A stretch of DNA of 64,000 nt from Eledone cirrhosa (Eukaryota). The position numbers were made by a program, and so were the translations under genes. Below are positions 42,088 to 56,153 of the stretch, piece by piece (the stretch's first letter is position 1; each line of letters begins with the position of its first letter). The notes under the pieces are model-generated. The model saw only the letters and a list, made by a program, of their open reading frames with translations. It was not told the origin of the DNA and made no database searches. The stretch covers positions 36,270,001-36,334,000 of the forward strand of contig OZ024740.1 of assembly GCA_964016885.1 (NCBI GenBank), given 5' to 3'.

Positions 42088-43885
42088 ATGGCTTCTCACA
42101 GAATGGGTAGCATAAATTCACGTGGCATGGAGTCGTCCTGGAAGCAGGGCCACCTGCTCAACGATCTCAGGTCGCTAAACATAGATGTGGTGGCCATCAG
42201 CGAAACCAGAAAATCCGAGGCACGAGCCTCCGCACCGATTTTCGGCTGCTACGAGGTGTACACATCTCCAAGCCGTCCCGGATCGGGAGGCGGAGTCGCT
42301 GTGTTGTTTCGGAGAGGCCTGGATCTCGTGATACGGACCATCTTCCTGAACCTAGAAGGTAAGTCTGTGGTGCTGAACCCGACCAGCAGCGAAGGCTATG
42401 CTTTGAGGCTAGTGGCTATTTATGCCCCGACAGGGGCAGGACGGCCTGATTTCTTCCGGCGTCAGGAGACCTTTCTTGGAACGTCCCGCTCTTTAGTGTT
42501 AGTGGGCGACTGGAACGGGATCTTGGATGCACGCTGGGACTGTGTGTGATTAGCGGATATGGGAGGAGAGTATAAAAGCCTTGCAAACCTGCTCAGACGT
42601 TTTCAACTGTCTGATCGGTACCGGTTGGATTTCCCGAATGTGCCAATGTGGTCTTGGACAAACCGCATCGGGTCATCCAGATCATATCTAGATAGGGCAT
42701 TTTGTAGCGAAATAGATAGGTCTAGCATAGGCTGACCACAATTAACATAGTCAGCTACACGGACCACAAATCCGTGATCTGTATGGTTGACTTAGATAGG
42801 CTTCATAGACAGGGACCCGCCTACTGGAAGCTAAACGCGTCGTTAACAGCGCGCAAAGCTTACAGAGACCGGATTAGCGAATTATTTAAGCGGGCGTTGA
42901 CGGGGGCAATCGTCAACAACAAATGGTGGTTTGCCCTGAAAAGAGCGATTAGAATAGAGTCCATTAGGTTTAGTAAGGCGTTAGTAATAGAGAAAAATAA
43001 AGTAGAGGGAGAACTAGTTAGCAAATTAGACGAGGCGCTTAGTAAAGGCATCACGACCGACCTGCTTGAGGCGAAATTGGTCCTCGACCAATTTTTCAAC
43101 GCAAAGAACGGAGGCTGCGTTCATAGAGCTAAGGTGCGTGTTCTCAGGCACGAGGGGAAAAAGCCATTCGATGGGCCCGAGTGGCAACAAAGCCACGATC
43201 CTGTCTTTGGCGGACCACGACGGGCGCATGCTACGCGATCCCGGGAAAATGTGTGCTGCTTTTCAGCGACACTTTGCTCAGTTGTTCGGGGGCAGCGGCG
43301 GGCCGGATCGAGGAATGGACTTTAGTGTCTACCTCGACGGACTGCCGCGACTCTCGGTCACTGAGGTGAATTGTTGCGAAAAGCAGATAACATCTGCTGA
43401 AGTATGAGAGGCAATGACTGGCTGCACAATGGGTAAATCGCCTGGTTTGGATGGTCTACCCTACGTATTTACGTACATATTTCAGACTTATGCGGAGACC
43501 TCTTGGCAGACGTCTACTGCAACTGGTAGCAGAACGGGAGAACTCCCATCTCTATGAGCCATCTCTATCAGCGACATCTGCTCTTCTGTGAGAGTGAACG
43601 GTCACCTTTCGGAACGGTTTAACATCATGCGCTCGGTCCGCCAAGGATTTCCCCTCTCGTCCCTGTTGTACGTATTGACTCTTGAGCCATTACTGCACAA
43701 ACTGGAGATGTTGAGGAGGGGTAGGGGGGGGGGGGGGGTCGCGCGAACTGGGATGCGGAAGAACCGTGTCAGCATATGCAGACGACGCCACGGTAGCGGT
43801 GTCGAACGCCAAACACATGGAGGCGATCGGCACCGCACTAAGAGGTTACGAGGCGGTGACAGGAGCAATGATCAATCAGGAAAAG
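42088..43885 (+). pseudogene. L1/Tx1-clade LINE ORF2 (APE endonuclease + partial RT)
   Basis: INSRG, AISET, AIYAP, GDWN, YTDH, YWKLN, SVRQGFPLS, YADD. Confidence 0.88.
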
Positions 43886-43971
43886 CTTTAGACACACCGG
43901 ACTATGAAACATTTGTTAATACTTGGAATAAACCCTAATGTATAGCTGATCCGTGTTATTCTTCATTCCTT

Positions 43972-44022
<51 letters not shown>

Positions 44023-44061
44023 TTTAAAAAAAAAAGATTTTCGCTCTACATGGCTGAATAC

Positions 44062-44310
44062 AATAAATGTAATCTGAGTTTTTCGAATATTAATAATAAT
44101 ATTCGATTCGTTTGCAATTATGCAAACAGCCTCTTTTTTTAAAGCCAAGTCAGTAGAATGAGCCCCTCATTCTTTCTCTTGTGTGGGCATGTAAACACAA
44201 GAGCAAGAATTAGGAGCTCATTCTACTGACTTTAAAAAAGAGCTTGTTTTCATAATTGCAAACGAATCGAATATTATTAATATTCGAAAAACTCAGATTA
44301 CATTTATTAT
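44062..44310. repeat. Palindromic MITE-like/fold-back element
   Basis: aataaatgtaatctgagtttttcgaata..agtagaatgagc is mirrored at 44216-44308. Confidence 0.8.
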
Positions 44311-44311
44311 A

Positions 44312-44650
44312 TACTAGCAGTAAAGCCCGGCGTTGCTCGGGGTCGCTCAGTAGCTGTGTTAAAGTTACAATGTTAAGTTTCTTTTTTGGCTTAAAAACTG
44401 TAGTGTCTACTGTGCAGACTTGCATGTGGTGTTTTTGATTAATATTCCCTCAACCAACAATATGCCTTATGAAGTTAAGAAAACATAACGATAACCCGAA
44501 TGTTATGAAATATTTTTTTTCCGATGTCTTCGCTAGGGCTCAATGTACAAGTATAGCAATTTCGGTGCAATTCCGTCAGAGATTCTAAGAGGAGATGTGT
44601 GCCAAAAATCGATAGACAGACAGACAACCACAGCTTTATATATATAGATA
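44312..44650 (+). mobile_element. Non-autonomous Helitron/Helentron-like element
   Basis: TACTAGCAGTAAAGCCCGGCGTTGCTCGGG start; (ACAG)n..CAGCTTTATATATATAGAT end. Confidence 0.55.
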
Positions 44651-44651
44651 T

Positions 44652-44709
<58 letters not shown>

Positions 44710-44725
44710 GTGCGTGTGTGTGTGT

Positions 44726-44828
<103 letters not shown>

Positions 44829-44845
44829 TGTGTGTGTGTATGTGT

Positions 44846-45049
44846 TTGTTAGAAGGTAAGGAGACACAAACAAGAGGTGGACAGTCTCTCTTCGTCAGCA
44901 TTTAACAACGGATCACGGATGTTGCAGCACATTATTAACTATACATCTATCCGAGAGTTAATAATGCGCCGCAACATCCGTGTTCCGTAGTTAACTACTG
45001 ACGAAGGGAGATTGTCCACTTCTTGTTTGTGTCGCTTAACCTTCTAACA
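44846..45049. repeat. Imperfect ~200-bp hairpin (MITE-like)
   Basis: tgttagaagg..attattaact / agttaataat..ccttctaaca with a 15-nt loop. Confidence 0.8.
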
Positions 45050-45084
45050 CCCGTTATCAGCAACCACACAGCTCCACCCCTCAT

Positions 45085-45133
<49 letters not shown>

Positions 45134-45798
45134 TATATGATATCTATATATATATATATATATAGATATATATAATCATCTGTTTAAACATTCTCTATGC
45201 CCCAATGATTCCAGACATCCCTCTGGAAGAAACAATTGTCAGCAAATAAATGTATTAAACTAAGATTTGATTGTTTTAATATTTTGTATATATATATATA
45301 TGAAAAAATGGGGAGAAGAATACTGCAGGTTGCACATGGATAACATGTTATAAAATGAGTCCCTCATCAGTGATTTGCCAACGATAATAGATATTTCATT
45401 GCATTAAAAATCATATTTAAGTTATTAGGACAATTAAGTTATTAGGACAATTAAAACGCGTAAAGCGAGTGAGACAAGTAAACAACAAAGAGGAAAGCTA
45501 ACTGTAGATAGGAAGGGCACAAGCTACATAGTTATTCTGTCAGCATAAGCTGGGTGAATATATGAGCGCGTAGAAAAAATACCTTTCGAGATGAATCCAA
45601 ATGTAAGAAAGAAGGAAATTGTTTTCGTCGCGAACGGGGTGAAGTGAGAAGGGGAGAAACAGTGAGTGAGTGAGTGGAAGTGTGCGGAAGGGGTCAGTAG
45701 AGAGAAAGTGTTAACTGACATGACAGAGGAGGCGAAAGAAAGTAAGAGAAACAGAGAGAACGAGGGAGCAGTGAGCACTCTACTGACTTATATTCATC

Positions 45799-47929
45799 AT
45801 GCAGAAACAACATCTGAATATTTCTACAAAGAACATACCCGTACCAAGCAGGAAAACATACCTAAAACTCCTGATACAGAAAACAGACGCGTTCATTAAA
45901 AGGTTGCGTTGGCGTGCCATTTATTTCGATAATCCGCGAAAAGCAGACAACAAACAGGATAAATTTGGATTTAAAACCTATAATAACCCTCCGTGGAACC
46001 CAACATTGCTACCCTTCGAAAATGATGTCTTGGAACTCATTCGGAATATCAAATTTCGGAATAGGAGCAATTCCTTCCAGCAAGACCTGAAGAATAGAAT
46101 TCGTTCTATTAAGGATTCTAACGCCGTGCACGTCCATTCCGACAAAACTGGCAACCTATATCAAGTGGAGCGCAGTACTTACCATCAACTACTACATAAT
46201 GCTGTAACTAAGGATTACCGTAAAACTAATCGGTGCGTCATCAATGAAATCAACGATGCTGGGTTTAAAATCACATCTGATCTCAACATCCTGGACCGGA
46301 CCGAACCTCTGGACCCTATCTCTCCCCACTTTACCCTGAAGGATCACAAATCCAATTTTCCGAACAACCCCTCTATTCGGCTTATTAACCCTACGAAGTC
46401 CGATTTAGGTAGACTTAGTAAAACGATTCTTGACAGAATTATACCTGAAATTAGAAGTTTGGCCCCTCTCGCACTGTGGAACAATTCTTTCGCGGTGATT
46501 GATTGGTTCAACGGCATATGTAACAAGGAGCATTGCCGTTTTATCCAATTCGACATCAACAATTACTACTCCTCCATCACTTTACCACTTCTCCTTAGAA
46601 CTATCAATTTCGCTAAAACACTCACAGTGGTTAAGGATTTTGAAGTTGATGTCATCCTTAATGCCCGAAAGTCGGTGATTAATTTCGACGACTCTATTTG
46701 GATTAAAAAATCCAATAGTACCCCCATTCGACGTGAGTATGGGCGCCAGTGACTCTGCGGAGGTTACTGATCTTATTGGCCTTTTCCTTCTTTTCTCTAT
46801 CAAGGACGAATTCCCCAACGCGGGCGGTGGTTTGTACCGTGACGATGGTCTTTTGACCATGACTAAGTGCGGACCTCGTGCTTGCGACAGGTTTAGAAAA
46901 GAACTCACAGCCTTCTTTAAAGGCTTCAACCTCTCTATACAGGTTGAGGCCAATCTCTCGGTCGTTAATTATCTCGACGTTACCCTCAATTTATTGAATG
47001 GGTTGTATTACCCGTATAGAAAGCCGAATGATACGCTTAATTACATAAGTAAGCATTCCAACCATCCTGCCAGCATAACCAAGAACCCGGTAAGAAACGT
47101 TTCGTTGAGGCTTTCCCGTCTTTCCACCAACGAGCGCATTTTCAACGACCATTCCACTTATTACAATGAAGCTCTTGCTCGAAGTGGATTTGTCGATAAG
47201 GTAGCATATACTGAGTACGAAAATAGACCTAGAAGAAATAGATCCCGTCGCATTTGTTGGTTTAACCCACCATATAATATGGAGGTGGCCACACCATTAG
47301 CTAAGATCTTTCTTTCCCTTATTACGAAGCATTTTCCCCCTACACATAAATATAGTAAAATTTTTAATAGAAATACTATTAAAATTTCTTACTCTACGAC
47401 TCCTAACCTTGCACATAACATCACAGCTTCAAATTTAGCTAAACTACCTAGCCGTAGGAACACGTGCAACCCTGTAGTTAGTACTAACTGTAATTGTAGG
47501 AATCGGGCTGATTGCCCCCTATCCGGGAAATGCCTCTCTAGTAACATTGTCTACAAATGTAAGGTTGTAACACCCACGTCCCGTAGGGCCTACATAGGGT
47601 TAACCGCCAATAGTTTCAAGCAGCGTCTTTACATGCATACCCATTCTTTTCGTTACCCTCTTAGAAGGAATATGACGTCACTTTCAGCTTATATCTGGAG
47701 TCTAAAAGACAACCACACCCAATATAAGTTACACTGGGAGATCCTAGCTAGGGCTAGATCGTATAACGGAAATAAAAGACCATGTGACCTCTGCGCCGCT
47801 GAGGCCCTGGAAATACTCTACACCACAGACCACATCTTAAACAAAAAATCTGAGGCAATTTCGGCTTGTAAACATAAATTGCACAAAACTTTCCTATATT
47901 ACAGCCCCACGTTATACCCTAACGGATAG
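45799..47929 (+). pseudogene. Near-intact Hydra-clade-like PLE RT/GIY-YIG with one frameshift (~46720)
   Basis: STKNIP, DKTGNLY, FIQFDI, MGASDSAE, GLYRDDGL, WFNPPY, CNCRNRADCPLSGKC, YIGLT, CDLC, LNKKSE..CKH. Confidence 0.9.
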
Positions 47930-48856
47930 CACGATCTATACGTGGATATTTTACGTCTTGATGTGGGAGCTAAGTATATGTTTGTTTATTCCTTTACTTA
48001 TTTGCATAGGTAAGTATATATTACCCGTATGTTTTGTGAAGGTAGGTATACCTTCTCGTACGTATATTTCACTGTTATGGCGTATAATTTTTACATATTC
48101 TGGTATTTAGGGTTTGGCTATGTGTATACGGGAGTTTTGCGTCTGCGTAAGTATGCAGGTTCGTACGTATGGATGGGTGTGTGTATATGTGTACTTCTTG
48201 TTTTAGTTGACTTACGTCTCCGAACATTCGTGTATTTATATGTAGGTATGCGTGTGCGCTTGTTATATACGTATTTATTTACTTATATACGTTTATATAA
48301 TTATTTATTTATTTGTACACAAGCATACACACACACACATATTTATTTGTGCGTGGTTTTGTATACCTATGGTAAGGTTTTGCGTATGCTTGTGTATGTA
48401 CGTATCTGTTTGCGTGTATGTATTTATTTGTTTCTATTACTTCTGTATTGTATTTATTTACTTTGTTCTTAACTCTGTAGCGGAGATTCATTTGGTCTCC
48501 TAGTTCGAATTTTAGTCTACGACTTCTGCTTACCATTTACGGTATTTTGTCTTTGCGTGCTATTGTTCTCCACGCTCCACATTTGACTTATTATCTTCGT
48601 TTTTTCGTTCATTGCCAGAGAACGTCTCTATGCACCACCTAAGAGAACATTAGTCTACGACCTCTTTTATACCATAAACGTGGTTCTGTCTTTGCGCGTA
48701 ATTGTTTTTCACCGCTCCTATTAATGACGTATTATTCGTTTTTTCCCGTTCTTTGCCAGCGAACGTTACCACGAAACAAAGTATCGTCTTCCTGTCTTCC
48801 TCCGGTTGCAACGTTTTTTGAAATATCCAGTTCTGCGTTTACAGATTGACTTTGTT

Positions 48857-48907
48857 AGTTTCAGAAGATCCCGTTAAGGGTGAAAGCAGCGATTCTTTGC
48901 TTAAACT
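48857..48907 (+). ncRNA. Hammerhead at the 3' end of the PLE, U4A variant
   Basis: AGUUU-CAGAAGA-UCCC(GUUAA)GGGU-GAA-AGCA..UGCU-U-AAACU. Stem I extends (ACAGAUUGA/UUAAUCUGU), followed by AAUAAA and then (TA)n. Confidence 0.65.
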
Positions 48908-48923
48908 TTAATCTGTTATTTTA

Positions 48924-48975
<52 letters not shown>

Positions 48976-49084
48976 ATTTGACTTAATTATTTTACATTAC
49001 TCCGGAGTAAACAAACCAACCAGCGTACTACGTCGAGTGCGCCAATCTGCATACTGAGGTGTCGGTAAACAACCAACATATACT

Positions 49085-49174
<90 letters not shown>

Positions 49175-49462
49175 TGTGTGTTTATGTATGTATGTATGTA
49201 TGTTTGTATGTATGCATGTATGTATACATGTATATATATATGTTTAACTTGGCATCGAATATAAGAGCAAACAATATTTGATAAGAATGACAATGAACCC
49301 GGAATATTTAGTAAAACTTAAATTCATCTAATCTAACAATTATAATGATATTTATTCTTTTGGATTATAGGAAATATACTCCTGTGTTTTTCCTCTTCTA
49401 CTTTTGCTAATGCACACACACACACACATATATGTATACATATATAATAAATACACACACAG

Positions 49463-49647
<185 letters not shown>

Positions 49648-49715
49648 TATGTAGATAAATCTACCAAGAGTTTACGGTAGTGTCCAATCCGTATGAAGAA
49701 CTCAATGTTCATTAT

Positions 49716-49870
49716 TTCATTATTTCTGAAGACGGCATATATGTGTGTTCGGTATGTATATTTAATCTTGATAGTTTGTATAATTTTGTATAATTTTGTA
49801 CATAGATCTGTTGAATATGCATGCCAATTCTAACACATATATATCCTAGAAACGATCGTTAAATAATGAA
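49716..49870 (+). ncRNA. Type I hammerhead with ~115-nt stem II domain
   Basis: UUCAUUAUUU-CUGAAGA-CGGCAUAUAUGUGU..ACACAUAUAUAUCCUA-GAAACGAUCGUU-AAAUAAUGAA. Confidence 0.75.
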
Positions 49871-50078
49871 CTTTTTTTGTTTAATATAAGGAACTGTTTC
49901 ATTGTTTTATTCATTATTTTTTTAATATTTTATATACATATATATATATATACATATGTATGTATATTAATATGTTGCGACCGATAGAAATTAGAAACAC
50001 CAATGGAAACATTGTTTCCTCGGTCCGTTTTGACGAAAGTCGGTCGACTATCTATATATATATATTTACCCCCCCCCC

Positions 50079-50124
<46 letters not shown>

Positions 50125-51344
50125 ATATATATGTATATATATATTATAGCAGTTAAATATTTCAAGATATAAAAATAGAAACAAGTAACCAACCACATCA
50201 TAAGATTACACAAACCATATGTTTAATAAAGATGAATTTGTTCGCATTCCACAAAATTTGTTTAGTCGCAAGTTGTCCATACAATTTGTTTGGTATCTTA
50301 TGCTGAGTAAATATTTTACAGAATTGAAGGTTATTTTTATCAATCGAGTCCCATTTGCAAAGCTTACTGCTCTCTTAAAAAATTAGACTGGAAAGATTTA
50401 TATATATATGCTATATATAATAGTACTTGCTTTTCAACATTTTCCACAGAAACAATTCGGAAAACAACTTTGCTATCGGCAAAATAGTCTTTTAACCTAT
50501 GACGTTCATCACAAAAGAGAGAAAAAACATACTTCAGTAGGAAAATATTAAGAGACACTAATGCCAACAATTATTCAGTTTTATATACAATATTTTTTTC
50601 AAAATTTGTTCATGCTATAGTAATATATAAACAAACTCTAAATATCAGTTGGCGTTTGCCTTATATGATCAAAAGTATTCCACTAAACGTCAATATCTAC
50701 TTTTAAAAAATCTGTTGATTTATGTTATGTTTATCGTTCTGGTCAGAATTCTGAATGAATTACCGTTTAATTATTTAATAGATTTTAAGCTGCTCGAGGC
50801 AACTTATTTATATACTAGGTCTGCAGTATATATACTACCGATACAGTATACATACTGGCGTCACAGTATATATTTGATCGATGCAGACCATATACTGCAT
50901 TAGAAGTATATGATGGTCCGCTGATAAGTTCATAGGCTGGCCAAGATACTCCTATGAAATGACTCAATGAGGTTTATTTTTTCTGGAAAGAAACAATTAA
51001 TAAGAAGAATTGAATGTAATGCATGCAAGATTTCACAGCTCTAACATCACTCCGTAGTCAGCTGATGAACTGTTTAGTCGACCCTCGTATGTACTACAGA
51101 TACAGTATATATACTCTCGATGCAGTATATACATTGCAGATGTGGATTGGTTTGAGGTCAGTCGACGGCCGACACAATCGCACCATTAATACATGCGATA
51201 CAATATTCGGTTAAATTTATTAAGTATTACATTTATGAATTTCTTTGGATTCCAATATATTTTCCCTAAATGTTACAGAAATTTCCGGTTGTGGATATAC
51301 TACAACTAGTAGTCTATGAACAGCACATGTTTGCATATACCGGT

Positions 51345-51710
51345 TTTAGGGTCGGACGCCATGCTTTCCAGCATAGTTACGTCCCTTTACGATCTGAGTT
51401 CAAATCCCGCCGAGTTTGACTTTACCTTTCATCCTTACGGGGTCGATAAAATAAAGTACCAGTAATGCACTGGGTAATTGCTGGCTTTGTGCCTAAAGTA
51501 GAAACAATTATTATCAAGGTGGACTGGCAGTATCGGTAGAAGGTCGGACGCCATGCTTTGCAGCAAAGAGTTACAGCCCTTTATGGTCTGAGTTCAAATA
51601 CCACCGAGGTTAACTTTGCCTTTCATCCTTACGGGGTCGATAAAATAAAGTACCAGTAATACACTGGGATAATTGCTGGCCTTGTGTCAAAAGTAGAAAC
51701 AATTATTATC
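51345..51710 (+). mobile_element. Two tandem SINE copies
   Basis: Same family. Confidence 0.85.
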
Positions 51711-52029
51711 AAGTGCACTAACGTCAGTTAGGTTAACCTCTTACAAGTTAATCTGAGCAAACTTAGATATCTTCAAACAATTAACGCATGGTTAAATCAA
51801 ATTATTCGAAAGTCCTACATATAAATGTAGGCAGAACATCCAATAATTACATTAATTATATTAATTTCAACACTGTCAGAGCTACTTTGCTGTATTTAGT
51901 TATTTTCTTTTACGTTTTGAGGCAATTCCTGATTATACTTTGCATCTTTCTGAGCTCGATAAAATACCATCAATATAATGGTGTCAATTAACTCGACTAA
52001 CATCTCACACAACATTCAAAGCACGGCTA

Positions 52030-52263
52030 CGGGTATTATATAAGGGTACTGGGGTGGTGAATATACTATGGGTACTATATAAGGGTACTGGGGTAGTGAA
52101 TATACTATGAGTATTATATAAAGGTACTCAGGTGGTGAATATACTATGGGTATGATATAAGGGTACTGGGTAGTGAATATACTATGAGTATTATATAAAG
52201 GTACTCAGGTGGTGAATATACTATGGGTATTATATAAAGGTACTGGGGTGTTGAATATACTAC
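52030..52263. repeat. ~39-bp minisatellite, about 6 units
   Basis: gggtattatataagggtactggggtggtgaatatactat repeated. Confidence 0.9.
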
Positions 52264-52284
52264 AACATATCAATAGTAATTATA

Positions 52285-54722
52285 TTCAATTCAATTCAAT
52301 ATATTTGGCAGAAATTAAAGCCTAGATGCTTCAGATGCTATATAAGGAGGGGGGGGGCAACATTTACACAGTCCGAAACACAGTGGTCCAACACCGGTCC
52401 AATTTTGCCTTGAATTGTTGCGTGGTTGACGCGTTGACTACTTCTTCTGGAAGCCGATTCCAGGTTCCAGAGATGCGGATCGAGAAAGCAGCTTTTCGTC
52501 TATTTAGGCGAAAGCGGTGGTGAAACAGCTTTTTGTCATGTCCACGTAGACCCCTTTAAAGGGCCGGAGTGAATAGGAGATATTGAGGGAGATCGTAATG
52601 GCTATTAAAGAGATTGTAAGCCAAAATGAGATCGCCTCTTAGATGTCGACGCTCCAAGGGGAAGAGGTTCAGCTTCTGCAGCCGGCTTTCGTAGAACAGC
52701 TCATGAAGACCCTGTACCATTCGAATCGCTAGTCGTTGAACTCTTTCCAAGTGATGGATATCCCGGATGAGATATGGGTTTGATGCTTGGATGCCATATT
52801 CTAGGTGCGGTCTCACGAGGGCGACATAGAGAGGCCTGAAAATTTCTGGAGTAAGTTTGGCAAAGGAGCGTCGAATAAGAAAAAGAGAGCTCCTTACCTT
52901 GTTTGCGGCTTGAATGCAATGTTTTGATGGTTTGAAGGACGAGTTGACCAGCAGACCAAGATCTTTAGTCTCCTAAACCTCCTTCAAAGGAGCAGTGCCA
53001 CCGTTGAAGGTAAGAGCTGAGTTAGAAGTTGTACCCACTGCCATATGGAAACACTTATCGACATTGAGGTATAAATCCCAGTCAATGAACCAACTCCAGG
53101 TGCGCTAGAGGCTGGACTCGAGATTGTCGATCTCGCTCCTACGGGCTACCATTTTCACATCATCTGCAAATAGAAGCACGTTTCCACCAATCACGTCCGG
53201 CATGTCGTTGATGTATAGAAGGAAGAGAATTGGGCCCAACACAGAGCCCTGGGGAACGCCGCTGCCTACACCCACCCCCGATGACAGACTGCCATTGATC
53301 CGAACTCTGCAAGTACGACCCTCAAGAAATGATACAATCCACTTTATAATAGAATCATGGAGACCATAGTTGCTGAGCTTATACAGGAGCAGGCGGTGGT
53401 TGACAGAGTCAAAGGCTTTTGCGAAGTCGAGAAAGATATCACCCATTCTTCCATCACGAGTAGGTTTGTAAGACAGGAACGTTTCATGATGAAACCGTGT
53501 TGAGATGGAGAGATGGCAGTGAAAGACGCAACATGAGCCATAATTGCTCGCTTGATTAGAGATTCCCAGGCCTTACAGACAATTGAGGTGAGGCTCACGG
53601 GTCTGTAGTTTCCCGGATCTTCTTTGTCGCCTTTTTTAAAGTTAGGGCAAATTGTAGCTACTTTCCAGTAGGCAGGAACAACTCCGGTAGCCAATGATAG
53701 GTTGAATAGTGTGGCTAGAGGTTTAGCAAGGTTGGGTGCAACTGCACCCAAACTCGCTGGTTGTAGACCGTCTGGACCATGCCCCTTATTCACATCTAAG
53801 GACAAAAGCAACTTTTCCACCTCGTCCGGTCTGACGGTGGTTGGCTGCATGGGTGGGGTGATCGTGTTTAGATTTGGATTTGGAGGTTCTCTGCCATCGT
53901 CCTCCTTGAAGATATTTGCGAAAACATCGGCAAAAAGAGAAGCTTGTTGGTCAGCGTGTTCAATAACTGCACCTTCGGGGTTTCGGAGAGTGACAATTTG
54001 GTTATTCAGTTTTTTATTTCTCTGCACGTGAGAATAAAAGCGCTTTGGATTACGACCGGCATCATTTGCAAGTTCCCTTTCAAAATTTTGCCTTCCAATT
54101 CTGGAATTATGTTCGACATGATTTCGCTGCTTTCTGTAGACGTCAAATGCCGCCGCTGACATGGTCTCTTGATAGTGCCCCCAAGCAGCGTTTCTTAACT
54201 TCCGTTCGCGGATAATTGTCTTTGTTATCCAGGGTTTGTGTTTCTTGCGTTTTGGCGTTCTCAGTGGCACTGCCATTTCTGTTAGCCCAAGTAGAATTTC
54301 CTTTATTTCTCACCACAAAGTTTCAACAGACTGATTTTCAGTTAGGCTGAGCCAATTTATCTCGTCGGAGGCCATTTTGATAAGATCATGATTCATAGCA
54401 GCAAATATTCTTCTCGGTTGATTCGAAACGGGAGGCGGTGCAAGCGAAGTATGCATGCTAAAGCTCAGTACTGCATGATCAATTTTCCCAAGTGGAGACA
54501 GAACTTGCAGAGACGATACGGATCTAGGATAACAGGAGAAGATAAGGTCTAGTAACGACGATCGTTGACCACTTTGAGCCCTTGTCGGTTTTGTAACATG
54601 CTGGCAGATGAAACATTCTTCCGCCGTATCGAGCAATAGTTGGTCGAAGTTATTGTTCGACGTGCACATATTTGAGTTCCAGTCTATAGTCGGGGCATTA
54701 AAATCCCCGAGTATAAGACATA
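52285..54722 (-). pseudogene. CR1-clade LINE ORF2 (APE C-terminus + RT), 5'-truncated, (ATTGA)n tail
   Basis: GDFN, NYRPVSLTS, QHGF, FLDFAKAFDSV, GVPQGSVLGP, LFADD, VRPHLEY. Confidence 0.92.
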
Positions 54723-54879
54723 TAACGGTAGTCAGGTGGTGAATATACTACAGATTTGGTTTGAGGCCATTTAGTTTCATTCATCTACGTTCCTAATTCA
54801 AACCATGCCAGTGTTTACTTTACTTTTCACCCATCCATGGTTAAAAAAAGAAATCCAATAAACATACCTTCAGTACTTC

Positions 54880-56153
54880 ATTCTATACCACCAATAGCCC
54901 ATTCTATACCACCAATACCCATTCTATACCACCAATACCCATTCTATACCACCAATAGCCCATTCTATACCACCAATACCCATTCTATACCACCAATACC
55001 CATTCTATACCACCAATACCCCATTCTATACCACCAATACCCCATTCTATACCACCAATACCCATTCTATACCACCAATACCCCATTCTATACCACCAAT
55101 ACCCATTCTATACCCCCAATACCCCATTCTATACCACCAATACCCATTCTATACCACCAATACCCATTCTATACCACCAATACCCCATTCTATACCACCA
55201 ATACCCCATTCTATACCAACAATACCCCATTCTATACCACCAATACCCATTCTATACCACCAATACCCATTCTATACCACCAATACCCCATTCTATACCA
55301 CCAATACCCCATTCTATACCACCAATACCCATTCTATACCACCAATACCCCATTCTATACCACCAATACCCCATTCTATACCACCAATACTCATTCTATA
55401 CCACTAATACCCCATTCTATACCACCAATACCCCATTCTATACCACCAATACCCCATTCTATACCACCAATACCCCATTCTATACCACCAATACCCCATT
55501 CTATACCACCAATACCCATTCTATACCACTAATACCCCATTCTATACCACCAATACCCCATTCTATACCACCAATACCCCATTCTATACCACCAATACCC
55601 CATTCTATACCACCAATACCCCATTCTATACCACTAATACCCCATTCTATACCACCAATACCCCATTCTATACCACTAATACCCCATTCTATACCACCAA
55701 TACCCCATTCTATACCACCAATACCCCATTCTATACCACTAATACCCCATTCTATACCACCAATACCCCATTCTATACCACCAATACCCATTCTATACCA
55801 CTAATACCCCATTCTATACCACCAATACCCCATTCTATACCACCAATACCCCATTCTATACCACGAATACCCCATTCTATACCACTAATACCCCATTCTA
55901 TACCACTAATACCGCATTCTATACCACAAATACCCCATTCTATACCACCAATACCCCATTCTATACCACCAATACCCCATTCTATACCACTAATACCCCA
56001 TTCTATACCACTAATACCCCATTCTATACCACCAATACCCCATTCTATACCACCAATACCCCATTCTATACCACCAATACCCCATTCTATACCACCAATA
56101 CCCCATTCTATACCACCAATACCCCATTCTATACCACCAATACCCATTCTATA
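54880..56153. repeat. 20/21-bp minisatellite (CCC(C)ATTCTATACCACCAATA), about 60 units
   Basis: Directly visible. Confidence 0.97.

Noticed and set aside
45300-45380. CUGAUGA-GGGA..UCCC on the minus strand
   Set aside because: No GAAA/stem III follows; at most a truncated remnant.
50364-50570. Possible host exon (also 57024-57218)
   Set aside because: Short ORFs with no recognisable domain or convincing splice-site pair; RNA-seq would be needed.
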